The notes under the pieces are model-generated. The model searched no databases. It saw only the letters and a program-made list of their open reading frames with translations, and was not told the origin of the DNA. A DNA stretch of 64,000 nucleotides from Candidatus Melainabacteria bacterium (lineage in GTDB: Bacteria > Cyanobacteriota > Vampirovibrionia > Gastranaerophilales > Gastranaerophilaceae). The position numbers and the translations under genes are program-made. The stretch spans positions 28,479 through 92,478 of the forward strand of contig QHMH01000007.1 in NCBI GenBank assembly GCA_003258795.1, in the 5' to 3' direction. How positions within the stretch are numbered: the stretch's first letter is position 1; each line of letters begins with the position of its first letter. This document shows, one piece after another, positions 1 to 11,283 of this stretch.

Positions 1-1
1 T

Positions 2-343
2 CTTTCAAGAACTCTTGTTGCAAATGCAATTAAAGGTGTAAAAGACGGTTTCGAAAAGAAATTGGAAATCCAAGGGGTTGGTTACCGTGCAGCTATGCAA
101 GGAACTACTTTGAACATGGCATTGGGATATTCTCACCCAATCGATATCGTTCCTCCTACTGGGATTACAATTTCAGTTGAAGCAAACACTAAAATTACTG
201 TAAAAGGAACTAACAAACAGTTAGTTGGTGATGTTGCGGCTAAAATTCGTTCTAAACGTCCTCCTGAAGTTTACAAAGGCAAAGGTATAAGATACGAAGG
301 CGAATTTGTAAGACGTAAAGCAGGTAAAACAGGTAAGAAATAA
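2..343 (+). CDS. rplF: 50S ribosomal protein L6, C-terminal part (gene starts upstream of the window)
   Basis: The frame is open from base 2. The translation ...[43 protein letters not shown]...[18 protein letters not shown] is a typical L6 C-terminus. Confidence 0.9.
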   Translation, partial: LSRTLVANAIKGVKDGFEKKLEIQGVGYRAAMQGTTLNMALGYSHPIDIVPPTGITISVEANTKITVKGTNKQLVGDVAAKIRSKRPPEVYKGKGIRYEGEFVRRKAGKTGKK

Positions 344-411
344 TAAATAAGCCCTTATGAACTCTTACTACTCCGTAAGTCGGGTTCGGGTGAATTAAAA
401 AGGAGAAAAAA

Positions 412-780
412 ATGATTAAATCTGAAAATAGAAAAGCAAAAGTTCAAAAGAGACACGAAAAAATCAGACTTAAAGTTAAAGGGACAGCAGAATGTCCAAG
501 GTTGGCAGTTTACAGAAGTTTGAAACATATTTCTGCACAAATTATCAATGATGAAGCTGGAGTTACATTGGCATCTTCTTCAAGCATGGATAAGGACTTG
601 AGAGAAAAACTTCCTCATGGTGGAAATATTGAAGCTGCTAAAATAGTTGGCGAAACTCTTGCAAAGAAAGCTTTAAAAGCTGGTATTAAAGACGTTGTAT
701 TTGACAGAGGCGGATTCTTGTATCACGGTAGAATTGAAGCCCTTGCAGATGCAGCAAGAGAAGCTGGTTTAAATTTCTAA
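412..780 (+). CDS. rplR: 50S ribosomal protein L18
   Basis: 122 aa with the L18 hallmark ...[18 protein letters not shown]...[43 protein letters not shown] is directly upstream. It follows rplF as in the spc operon. Confidence 0.92.
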   Translation: MIKSENRKAKVQKRHEKIRLKVKGTAECPRLAVYRSLKHISAQIINDEAGVTLASSSSMDKDLREKLPHGGNIEAAKIVGETLAKKALKAGIKDVVFDRGGFLYHGRIEALADAAREAGLNF

Positions 781-788
781 AAAACAAG

Positions 789-817
789 TTGACTAAAAAT
801 TTTGTTTTTGTTAGACT
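789..817 (+). promoter_or_regulatory. Candidate sigma70-type promoter (TTGACT-17 nt-TAGACT) upstream of the tRNA
   Basis: A -35 consensus hexamer, a 17-nt spacer and a TAnnnT -10-like hexamer lie about 40 nt upstream of the tRNA 5' end. Sequence pattern only. Confidence 0.3.
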
Positions 818-858
818 TTAAATACAAATTAAATATTTTTGTAAATTTTGTAAAATTT

Positions 859-931
859 GCGCTTGTAGCTCAGCAGGTAGAGCACTCCCCTTTTAAGGGA
901 TAGGTCGCGCGTTCGAATCGCGCCAAGCGCA
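859..931 (+). tRNA. tRNA-Lys (anticodon UUU), 73 nt, CCA not encoded
   Basis: Cloverleaf readable: acceptor GCGCTTG/CAAGCGC, D-arm GCTC-AGCAGGTA-GAGC, anticodon loop CTTTTAA (UUU), T-arm GCGCG-TTCGAAT-CGCGC. A/T-rich 9-bp complementary extensions flank it (gtaaaattt / aaattttac). Confidence 0.85.
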
Positions 932-1028
932 AATTTTACTTTTATTTATCCTCAAATTCGCTCGGGTATTCCATGTTTTTATATTTATTGTATAATACTG
1001 TTTAAGTAAGAGGTTAAGGATAAATAAA

Positions 1029-2951
1029 ATGAAAATAATCGAGGAAAAAAATAATCTGGCAAGAATAACATTTGATCCAGATCAAGAAAGACTTTTTTTA
1101 TCAAGCTTTGTTACAGTAAGTGATGAAATGCAAATGTTTATTGGACAGATTATTAACCTTGAGGCAAGAGGGGAAAAACATTTTGCAATATTAAAGTTGC
1201 TTTTTACTTTTGATGATAAAGGTGTAATTTCTGCATACAATGGTGCACTTCCATCTTTAAATTCAAAACTTGAAATGGTTAAATCTGCAGAGTTATTACA
1301 ACTCTTGAAATCTCCAGATTCGTTATATTTTGGAGAAATTCCTCAAGAGCAAACCTCTTTTTCCCTTGATACAAAATTTTTGAATGATAAAGTTTTAGTT
1401 TGCGTTGAAAACGATGAAGAAAAAACTTTATTTACAGAAAGTTTTTTAGCACAACTTAATGAAAAAAATCAAAAAAATGTTATATTTGATTTGAAAGGAA
1501 ACCTTGAAGCTCCACATAAATTGGTGGCTGGTAAAGATTTTAAACTTCCACTAAATTACGATACAATAAATTTCATATATGAAAAGGGGCTTGAAGATGC
1601 ATCAGGAGAAACGAAAGCTCTTATACAGGAAGTTTTTTTGGAAGTTCAAAACTATGTTAAAACAGTCCCAGAAAAATTTATTCCATTTGAAAATTTCAAG
1701 TCTGTTGTAGATGCTCAATATGAAGAATCAAACATTTCAGAACTTGTATTATTGAAAAATAAATTGCTGAAATTCTATGAACAAGGGGTTTTTGCTCAAG
1801 TTGAACAAGATTTCCAAGCTTTGCATGATGCTCTTTTGCAATATAATTCGATTGTCATAGATATTTCTTCATTTGATGGTGTTTTGCAAAGAGAATTTAT
1901 TGCATACTCTTATGAGGCTATGACATCACTTAATGTTGATGTTTATTGTTTTACAGAAATTCTTGATGACAATACTGATAAAAAGTTGTTAAAACAAATT
2001 TTCACTGCGGAAAATGTTAAAACAATTTTAATAGCGCCTTATAAATATAAATATTTAAAGGAAGTGAAACAATTATCTAAAAATTTAATATTATTTTCAC
2101 CAATTCAAAAGCAAGATGATTTTGCAGGATACAATGTTTTTTTAAGTAAATTAAATCACAAAGAATGTATTGTTTATGGTAATGCAACTCATTTTATACC
2201 ATTTATATGTTTAATGAAAGAGTTACCTGAAACTGTTGCTCAAGAGGTTGTAGACGTTCCTGAAAATGTTTCAAATGAAGCAAAACAGTTAGAGGAAATT
2301 GTTGAGCCATTGACAGAAAATGATTTAATTCAAAGTGATGAAGTGAAAATGGTAGAAGAACAACCTACTAATGATATGCCTGAAGAAACATTGCAAAATG
2401 ATGTAATTGTAGAAGATGAAATATCAGATGATAGTGAAAACGTACAAGAACCTACTGCGACAATAATAGATGAAAGTGTAGATGAACAAATAAAAAAAGA
2501 TGTTGATGAAATTCTTACAGTTCCGGCATCATCAGTGGGAAATAGCGATGAAAGTACCCTTACTGATGCTGATTTAGATTTCATAGAAGAAGGTTTTCAA
2601 CAACAAGTTGAAAATATAGAAGAGCAACCTCAAAAAGAATTACAAGAGGATTTACCTTCTATGCCTTTGGATGAAGAAATGCCAGTTCAAGTGGAACAAA
2701 GCGAACCAATGGATCCGATAGAACCAAGTTTTTCTGAAACTCCGATAGTTCCCGTATACCCAGCTGAAACAGAGAAGATGGCTGAATCTGATGTTTTGGC
2801 ACAAGGTGATGTTGTTGTTCATGAAAAATACGGTAGGGGTGTTATAGAAAAATTGATTTCTTATGGTGAAAAAACTCTCTGCTCTATTAGTTTTGACAAT
2901 TCCGGAAAAAAACTTTTAGACCCAACGGTAACACAATTAAAGAAGATGTAA
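1029..2951 (+). CDS. Hypothetical protein: ~400-aa N-terminal globular region (no P-loop), ~230-aa acidic low-complexity linker, C-terminal PcrA/UvrD-CTD-like (DUF3553/Tudor-like) module
   Basis: 640-aa ORF with strong coding periodicity. The C-terminus GDVVVHEKYGRGVIEKLISYGEKTLCSISFDNSGKKLLDPTVTQL matches the GDxVxHxxFGxGxV...VxF...KxL pattern of the helicase C-terminal Tudor fold. The middle is D/E/Q-rich. I found no Walker A. Confidence 0.6.
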   Translation: MKIIEEKNNLARITFDPDQERLFLSSFVTVSDEMQMFIGQIINLEARGEKHFAILKLLFTFDDKGVISAYNGALPSLNSKLEMVKSAELLQLLKSPDSLYFGEIPQEQTSFSLDTKFLNDKVLVCVENDEEKTLFTESFLAQLNEKNQKNVIFDLKGNLEAPHKLVAGKDFKLPLNYDTINFIYEKGLEDASGETKALIQEVFLEVQNYVKTVPEKFIPFENFKSVVDAQYEESNISELVLLKNKLLKFYEQGVFAQVEQDFQALHDALLQYNSIVIDISSFDGVLQREFIAYSYEAMTSLNVDVYCFTEILDDNTDKKLLKQIFTAENVKTILIAPYKYKYLKEVKQLSKNLILFSPIQKQDDFAGYNVFLSKLNHKECIVYGNATHFIPFICLMKELPETVAQEVVDVPENVSNEAKQLEEIVEPLTENDLIQSDEVKMVEEQPTNDMPEETLQNDVIVEDEISDDSENVQEPTATIIDESVDEQIKKDVDEILTVPASSVGNSDESTLTDADLDFIEEGFQQQVENIEEQPQKELQEDLPSMPLDEEMPVQVEQSEPMDPIEPSFSETPIVPVYPAETEKMAESDVLAQGDVVVHEKYGRGVIEKLISYGEKTLCSISFDNSGKKLLDPTVTQLKKM

Positions 2952-2955
2952 GATT

Positions 2956-5157
2956 ATGAATATAAAACATTTTAGTACAAATGACATTACAGAATTTTTC
3001 TCATCGTCAAAACTCCTATATTTACTATCATTTTTTCTTTTTGTTGTTTTGATGAGTGGAATTGTGTCTTCACAAAACTTCTTTTTCAAAAGTATTGTTG
3101 AAAATGGTATAAGCAAAAAAGATATCATTGCTCAAAAAACAATAACGGTGATTGATACAGACAAGACAGAACAAAGGAAAAAAGAAGTTGCACAAAAAGT
3201 TGAACCCATTCTTACTCCAACTGAAGATACGTTTATTAAGGATAGTTTGACAACACTTTTTAATTCGATTATTCAATTACGAAAAAAAGATGCGGATTTA
3301 GATACCAAAAAGGATGAATTGGGTATATTACTTGATATATCAAGTCCGTCAATTAAAGCTTTTGTAATCGATTATTTATTAAAAACAGATGAAAAGAATA
3401 TTCAACAGGTTTTTGATAAAACTTCGCTAACGTTGACAAATATTTTGAGTGTTGGAGTTACAGAAACAGACGCTGACCATTTGGATAAAATTATAAATAA
3501 GAATTTAAGTTCTAACATTTCAAAACCGCAAGCTACGGTTATAAGATCTTTGTTGGAACAGGTTGTAGTTCCGAACTTGGTTGTTAATGAATATGCAACA
3601 GATATTGCAAAGAGAAATGCACAGGCATTGGTTAAACCGTACGAAGTAACATTTGAAAGAGGAGATAAAATCCTTTTTGAAGGTGAACCTGTAACTAAAT
3701 TGAAGAAAGCTGCTTTAGTAAAGGCTGGATATAATGTTATAGATGTTAATTATAAAGGTTATGGAATTGTATTTGTTTTGGTTGGACTTTGTACTTTAGC
3801 ATTTTTAAACTATTTAAGAACATTTGAAAAAGCTTATCTTAATCCAGAATATTTGATTATAACGGCAGTGTTGATATTGTCTGTAAGTATAATTTCAGCA
3901 TTTATTCCACCAGCTTTCCCAGCGTACATTTTACCATTCCCAGCACTTATAATGCTCCTTACAATATTTACAAATCCAAGAGTAGCATTTGTTTCTTCAA
4001 CATTTCTGTTAATTATTTTATCTATCGTGATGGAATATAATTTAGACTTGGTATGTGCTTTTGTTTTGATAAATTTTATTTCTATGGAAGCAATAGCAAG
4101 AATAAAATTTTCAAGACGTTTTGATTTGATAAAAATTGGTATTCAAATAGGACTTTTGTCAGCAGCAATAGTTTGCACGATACATTTAATTGAAAAGTGT
4201 CTTATAGAAGTAAGCAATATGCTTATTCTAACAGATTGTATTTACGTTATGTTAAATGGCGTATTAAGTGGGGTTATTGTTTTAGGTTTGTTACCAGTTT
4301 TGGAAAATTCGTTTAAAATAATCACACCTTATGGGCTTGCTGAGCTTGCAGACCACAATCAACCACTCTTGAAGAGATTACAATTTGAAGCTCCTGGAAC
4401 ATATCACCATTCGCTTATGGTATCAAATTTGTGTGAAGCGGCAGCGGAAGCTGTTGGTGGAAATCCAATTTTAGCAAGAGTTGGAGCTTTTTATCATGAT
4501 ATTGGCAAACTTAAAAGACCGCTTTTCTTTGTTGAAAATCAATCTTATTTTGGTATTGAAAATCCGCACACAAAGTTAAATCCAAGATTGAGCAAAATGG
4601 TTATTACAGCTCACCCTAAAGATGGTGTAGAATTGGCTAAGGAATATGGATTACCATCAATAATTTCAAACTTTATTCTTCAGCACCACGGAGAAGGTTT
4701 AGCAAGTTATTTCTACAATCAAGCCGTATCTGAAGAAGGTATCGAAAATGTAAAAAAAGAACAGTTTAGATACACAGGTCCAAAACCAAATATGAAGGAA
4801 ACGGCAATTCTAATGCTTGCGGATGCCGTTGAATCTGCTGTTCGTTCACTTAAAACACCTACAAATGAAGAAATCGAAAATATTATTGATAAAATCATTA
4901 CAGAAAGATTAAACGATGGGCAACTTTCAGATAGTCCCCTAACGTTGAAAGACTTAAAAATTATAGCAACAACATTCAATAGAATTTTGAGAGGAATGCA
5001 ACATAATAGAATTAAGTATCATGAAGACATTGTACATGAACTTGATAAGAATAAAATTAGTTTTCCGCAAAAGGTTATAGATACGGAATTAGATGATAAA
5101 ATCAAACAATTGGAACAGATAAGCAAACCTAAAGAAATCGAAGATGACAAGGATTAA
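2956..5157 (+). CDS. pgpH: 7TM-receptor HD-GYP-type phosphohydrolase (PgpH/YqfF family, cyclic-di-AMP phosphodiesterase-like)
   Basis: 733 aa with an N-terminal extracellular region, a multi-TM block and a C-terminal HD domain (...TYHHSLMVSNLCEAAAEAVGGNPILARVGAFYHDIGKLKRP...). Followed by ybeY-dgkA as in Bacillus yqfF-ybeY-dgkA. Confidence 0.85.
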   Translation: MNIKHFSTNDITEFFSSSKLLYLLSFFLFVVLMSGIVSSQNFFFKSIVENGISKKDIIAQKTITVIDTDKTEQRKKEVAQKVEPILTPTEDTFIKDSLTTLFNSIIQLRKKDADLDTKKDELGILLDISSPSIKAFVIDYLLKTDEKNIQQVFDKTSLTLTNILSVGVTETDADHLDKIINKNLSSNISKPQATVIRSLLEQVVVPNLVVNEYATDIAKRNAQALVKPYEVTFERGDKILFEGEPVTKLKKAALVKAGYNVIDVNYKGYGIVFVLVGLCTLAFLNYLRTFEKAYLNPEYLIITAVLILSVSIISAFIPPAFPAYILPFPALIMLLTIFTNPRVAFVSSTFLLIILSIVMEYNLDLVCAFVLINFISMEAIARIKFSRRFDLIKIGIQIGLLSAAIVCTIHLIEKCLIEVSNMLILTDCIYVMLNGVLSGVIVLGLLPVLENSFKIITPYGLAELADHNQPLLKRLQFEAPGTYHHSLMVSNLCEAAAEAVGGNPILARVGAFYHDIGKLKRPLFFVENQSYFGIENPHTKLNPRLSKMVITAHPKDGVELAKEYGLPSIISNFILQHHGEGLASYFYNQAVSEEGIENVKKEQFRYTGPKPNMKETAILMLADAVESAVRSLKTPTNEEIENIIDKIITERLNDGQLSDSPLTLKDLKIIATTFNRILRGMQHNRIKYHEDIVHELDKNKISFPQKVIDTELDDKIKQLEQISKPKEIEDDKD

Positions 5158-5648
5158 CATTTTTTCGGAAAATATTCATAAAACTCTTGTTATTAACGAG
5201 AGAAAGTTTTTAACGTATGCCAAAAAGATTTTTAGGTATTATTCTCAATGTGAATTTTTCAATAAATCAGCAGTGGCTGGTTTTGAGTATAACTGTATAT
5301 CTTTTGATATATTATATTGTGACAATGAAAAAACGCATGAAATAAACAAAGAATACCGAAATAAGGATTATATTGCCGATATTATAACATTTTCTATCTT
5401 TGCAGACAGTGAGGAGAAATTTATTTTTGATAAAGAGATAAATCTCGGGGAGTTTATGATATCTCTTGATAAGGTAAAAGAAAACTCAGAGAAAAATAAT
5501 ACGACTTTTGATTATGAATTATGTTTTTTAATTAGCCATGGCATAATGCATCTTTTGGGGTTTGACCATCAGAGCGAGGAAGATTATAATTTTGTTGTAG
5601 GCGCACAAAAAGAAGCATTGGAAAGCTTAAAGATAAAGCGAGTTAGAG

Positions 5649-5662
<14 letters not shown>
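5144..5662 (+). CDS. ybeY: Endoribonuclease YbeY (rRNA maturation factor)
   Basis: 172 aa with the metal-binding motif HGIMHLLGFDHQ. The start overlaps the pgpH stop by 14 nt. Confidence 0.88.
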
Positions 5663-7370
<1,708 letters not shown>

Positions 7371-7632
7371 TTAAAACTTCCACAGAGCTGATTATACTAC
7401 AATCAAATGTAAAAAACTAAATCTTTAATATTATCTTGATGTAAAGGAAAGATACTATGCCCCTTTGTGAAGGAATATAAAAAATATTTAAGCTCTAAAA
7501 CCCTTATTATATCTGCTTTTTGTCTTTATTTTGACATGTTTTATTAAATTGAACTATTATTTAGCGCAATTTCTTTACGTGTTTTGTTTTTATCAGGTCA
7601 ACAGGTAGGAAAAATTAAAAAGGGTAAAATTT

Positions 7633-8025
7633 ATGCAAATCTCTCAAAACAACAATCCATCATTTGGTATTAACTCAGTAAAATTTACAAATTTTTTAGT
7701 AAAGTCTGAATTTGACGAAATGACAAAAAAAATCAGTCCAAAAAAATTAACAAAAATGTGGGATGAAATAAAAAATATTAAACCTAACAAAGGCCCAGAC
7801 GTAGATGTGTTTATAAACGGTAGTTTTATATCTTATGGTCATCCTTTAAGTCCGCATCCTACTGTAAATCTGGAAGTTAGAAAAGGAAAGAATACCTCAA
7901 TAGTTGAACATGTTCTTGAAGGTAAACCAAAAAAAATTATTGAAGGTTTTAAAAACCTTATAACAAAAGTTGATAAAATGGAAAATTGTGGAAAATCAAT
8001 AAATCCTGACCTGATAGTTTTTTAA
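7633..8025 (+). CDS. Hypothetical protein (130 aa)
   Basis: ORF with an AAGGGT RBS 8 nt upstream, followed by a strong bidirectional terminator. No recognisable domain. Confidence 0.5.
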   Translation: MQISQNNNPSFGINSVKFTNFLVKSEFDEMTKKISPKKLTKMWDEIKNIKPNKGPDVDVFINGSFISYGHPLSPHPTVNLEVRKGKNTSIVEHVLEGKPKKIIEGFKNLITKVDKMENCGKSINPDLIVF

Positions 8026-8035
8026 GAATACAAAC

Positions 8036-8068
8036 AAAGAGGATGACTATTTAGTCATCCTCTTTTTA
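8036..8068. terminator. Bidirectional intrinsic terminator (AAAGAGGATGACTA-tt-TAGTCATCCTCTTT, A-tract upstream, T-tract downstream)
   Basis: A perfect 14-bp stem flanked by A and T runs lies between the convergent 7633..8025(+) and 8069..9172(-) genes. Confidence 0.8.
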
Positions 8069-9172
8069 TTATATTAAGAATTTTCCATTTTCATAAATTA
8101 GATTATCATCGGCATAAATTTTGCCACCATTTTTCATATTCTTTATCATATCCCAGTGTAGACCAGATGTATTTTTACCTCCAGTTTCTGGATATGATGC
8201 ACCACATGCCATATGGATTGAGCCACCAATTTTTTCATCAAACAAAATGCTTCCTGTTACATCTTTTATCATTTCATTTGTACCAACGGCAATTTCGCCA
8301 ACAAAAGAAGCTCCCTCGTCTAAATTAAGCATAGATTTTAAGAATTCTTCGCCTTTTTCTGCAACGGCCTTAACTACACGACCGTTTTCAAGCGTAAGAT
8401 GAATTTTGTTTGCTTCATTTCCTCTGTATATTGCAGGAAAATCAAAATAAATTTCTCCATTTGCGGAATCTTCAACAGGAGATGTAAACACTTCTCCATC
8501 CGGATAATTGTTAAGTCCAGAGCAACTTATCCATTTTCTGTCCTTAGTATTAAAAGTTATGTCAGTTTTTTCTCCGACAATTCTAATATTTGAACATTTA
8601 TTTAAGTAATCGCAATATCTTGTTTGCTCTTTGTCCATTTCCATAAGTTTTTCGACAGGATTATCATAGTTTAAAAAGCAGGCATTAAAAAGAAAATTAG
8701 AATATTCATCAATTGACATTTTTGCCTCTTGAGCAAGAGCATATGTTGGAACATCTGCAATAACCCAACTTGCTTCTCCTTTTGCTGAACGTCCCAAAAG
8801 TGCTTCTGATAATGGTCTTGTTGCTTTTGAACGTCTTGCAAGTTTATTTTTGTCTGCTCGTGCCATGCTTTTTAAATTTGTTGGTGCTCCAATAGAAATA
8901 TATTTATCAACTTTTTCATATTCAAGTTTGAGCATAGGGTCAATGTAATCTAGTTGTTCATCTGTTGCATATTTAATAAAAATATCAGACATATCACAAA
9001 TAGATGTTCTCAATACTGGATGACCACCCAATTCCAAAACTCTTTTATAAAGTTCTCTTACGAGGGGTTCTGCCAATGGACTTGTTGCTCTTATAACAAC
9101 CAAGTCACCTTTTTTAACCTTTGTAGAGTAATCTGCCAAAACTCTTGCATATTTAGTCCAAACAGTTTCCAT
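8069..9172 (-). CDS. Aminopeptidase, M29 family (AmpS/PepS-like)
   Basis: 367 aa; the N-terminus METVWTKYARVLADYSTKVKKGDLVVIRATSPLAEPLVRELYKRVLELGGHPV is typical of thermophilic-type aminopeptidase II. Confidence 0.8.
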   Translation of the reverse strand: METVWTKYARVLADYSTKVKKGDLVVIRATSPLAEPLVRELYKRVLELGGHPVLRTSICDMSDIFIKYATDEQLDYIDPMLKLEYEKVDKYISIGAPTNLKSMARADKNKLARRSKATRPLSEALLGRSAKGEASWVIADVPTYALAQEAKMSIDEYSNFLFNACFLNYDNPVEKLMEMDKEQTRYCDYLNKCSNIRIVGEKTDITFNTKDRKWISCSGLNNYPDGEVFTSPVEDSANGEIYFDFPAIYRGNEANKIHLTLENGRVVKAVAEKGEEFLKSMLNLDEGASFVGEIAVGTNEMIKDVTGSILFDEKIGGSIHMACGASYPETGGKNTSGLHWDMIKNMKNGGKIYADDNLIYENGKFLI

Positions 9173-9183
9173 TATTGCTCCTT

Positions 9184-9987
9184 TTAATCTTCTAAGCTTT
9201 GATATCCACTTTTATGAGATTTCAATGTTACACCTCTTTTTGAAGTTTGGATAAAATCAATCATTTTTTCCACTTGTTCATTAACAAGTCCTAATTTTCT
9301 TATTTCTTCGATAGCTTGAGTTGTATTATACTTATCTGAAATTAGTAATTTAAAAGCATCTCTTATAATGTTTCTATCTTCTTGAGAAACTCCTCTACGT
9401 TTTAGAGCAACTACATTAACTCCACGTGGAACAGGAGGACGTCCTTCTCCTTTAGAATATGGAAGAATATCTTGTCTTGCAGCTGAAAAACCGCTAATTA
9501 TAGCCATATCCCCGATTCTAACATTTTGATGAAATACGCTCATTCCGCCAACAAAAGCACCAAAACCAACGTGAACATGACCACCTAAAGTAACAAGGTT
9601 AGCAAGGATAACTTCATCAGCCAGAACACAATTGTGTGCAACATGAGAACCAACCATAAGCAAACATTTGTTTCCAATTCTTGTTGTTAAATCTCCACAG
9701 TTTGCACCTCTGTGAACTGTTACGTTTTCTTTTATTATACAATTTTTACCAATAACAACTTTTGTTGGTTCATTTTTGTATCCCAAATCTTGTGGCGGTG
9801 TTCCAATACTTGCAAAAGGTCCGATGACTGTATTTTCACCTACTTCACAAAATTCAAGGTAGGTATTAGCAAAGATTTTTACTCCCTTTTCAAGTTTGAC
9901 ATTTTCTCCAATAACAACATTTGGACCTATTTCTACTCCTTCTGCAATTTGTGCTGTTGGATGTATTACTGCTGAAGCGTGTATCAT
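9184..9987 (-). CDS. lpxA: Acyl-ACP--UDP-N-acetylglucosamine O-acyltransferase
   Basis: 267 aa with N-terminal hexapeptide (left-handed beta-helix) repeats and a helical C-terminal domain. Lies in an lpxD-lpxC-fabZ-lpxA cluster. Confidence 0.85.
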   Translation of the reverse strand: MIHASAVIHPTAQIAEGVEIGPNVVIGENVKLEKGVKIFANTYLEFCEVGENTVIGPFASIGTPPQDLGYKNEPTKVVIGKNCIIKENVTVHRGANCGDLTTRIGNKCLLMVGSHVAHNCVLADEVILANLVTLGGHVHVGFGAFVGGMSVFHQNVRIGDMAIISGFSAARQDILPYSKGEGRPPVPRGVNVVALKRRGVSQEDRNIIRDAFKLLISDKYNTTQAIEEIRKLGLVNEQVEKMIDFIQTSKRGVTLKSHKSGYQSLED

Positions 9988-10005
9988 TTTAAACCTTCTT
10001 CTTTC

Positions 10006-10458
10006 TTATTTATTTTCTACCATGGCAACGGTCATCTCTGCTTCTACAACGAGTTTACCGTCAACATAACCTTTTGCATGACTTTTTCCAATTGGTCCTT
10101 TTAATTTTACAAGTTCAATTTCCATATCAAGTCTGTCACCAGGTCTAATTATTCCTTTAAATCTTGCGTTTTCTATTCCTGCAAAGAGTGCAAGTTTATT
10201 TTGAAACTTTTCCAACTTTAATAGAATTGGAGCCGAACACTGAGCTAATGCTTCAAGTTGTAGTACCCCAGGCATTATCGGATTTTCTGGAAAATGACCT
10301 TGGAAAAACTCTTCATTCATCGTCAAATTTTTGTATCCTTTTGCATATTTTCCAGGAATGCATTCAGTAATTCTATCTACAAGTAGAAAAGGATATCTAT
10401 GTGGAATCATTTTCATTATTTCTTTAGTATCAAAACTTAAAATGTTATCTTCACTCAT
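10006..10458 (-). CDS. fabZ: 3-hydroxyacyl-ACP dehydratase FabZ
   Basis: 150-aa hot-dog fold with ...IPHRYPFLLVDRITE... and ...GHFPENPIMPGVL... Confidence 0.9.
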   Translation of the reverse strand: MSEDNILSFDTKEIMKMIPHRYPFLLVDRITECIPGKYAKGYKNLTMNEEFFQGHFPENPIMPGVLQLEALAQCSAPILLKLEKFQNKLALFAGIENARFKGIIRPGDRLDMEIELVKLKGPIGKSHAKGYVDGKLVVEAEMTVAMVENK

Positions 10459-11272
10459 TTAATTCTCCTTTCATAAGGGCACATTTAAGCATTTTAGCAA
10501 CCTTGACGTGAACAGCATGTCCAGCCTCTTTGACAACAATTTGTGCTTTCAACCCAAGTGGATTAACTCCCGCAAGGTATAAATCCCCTATCAAATCTAA
10601 AATTTTGTGTTTTGCTGGTTCAAATTCTGATCTTAATTCTGTTGTATAACCATCATCAAGCATTCCAACAGTATTTTCATAACTTACTCCTCTGGCATAG
10701 CCAAAGAGTTGGTATTTTTTTAAATCCTTGAAATATCCAAAAGTTCTTGCTTCAATTATTTCTTGAAGATTTGTTCCGTCATAACTTACTTGACGATATC
10801 TCAAGTCAGGATGATTATAGTTGACCCCGTAAGAAATTCGAAGTTTATCATCTGGTAATATTATCATGTGGGTTTTTCCGTTAAGATAATAAATCGGTTC
10901 TTTGATTTCAACAGGTTGTGGAGTTGTTTTTTCAACTCCAGCCTTTAAAAAAAGTTCAATCCATGATTTTGCACTACCATCTAATATAGGCATTTCTGTT
11001 TCAGTTGCATGAACATCAAGAGAATCAATTCCTAAAATTGCACACGCTGCTGTAAAGTGCTCGGTTAACATTAACGAATTTTTCTTTGAACCTAAGACAA
11101 CACAGTGACTTGTAGATTCTACATTGTCAACATCAAGGACAATTGGTGTTGAGAAATCCTTAACAAAAAATCTTATAACACCTTCATCAGAAGGATAAAG
11201 ATTTATTGTGCAAGGTTTATTTTTCATCAGCCCATTGCCGATTATTTGTACTTCTCGAGATATTGTCGACAA
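10451..11272 (-). CDS. lpxC: UDP-3-O-acyl-N-acetylglucosamine deacetylase
   Basis: 273 aa with ...TEHFTAACAILGIDSLDVHATETEMPILDGSA... and ...HKILDLIGDLYL... LpxC motifs. Confidence 0.88.
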   Translation of the reverse strand: MSTISREVQIIGNGLMKNKPCTINLYPSDEGVIRFFVKDFSTPIVLDVDNVESTSHCVVLGSKKNSLMLTEHFTAACAILGIDSLDVHATETEMPILDGSAKSWIELFLKAGVEKTTPQPVEIKEPIYYLNGKTHMIILPDDKLRISYGVNYNHPDLRYRQVSYDGTNLQEIIEARTFGYFKDLKKYQLFGYARGVSYENTVGMLDDGYTTELRSEFEPAKHKILDLIGDLYLAGVNPLGLKAQIVVKEAGHAVHVKVAKMLKCALMKGELNE

Positions 11273-11283
11273 ATTTAAAACTC

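Noticed and set aside
859-2951. Possibility that the tRNA-Lys marks a mobile-element integration site
   Set aside because: There is no integrase, excisionase, phage or transposase gene, and no duplicated tRNA 3' fragment within the following 10 kb. The downstream genes are core-like (pgpH-ybeY-dgkA).
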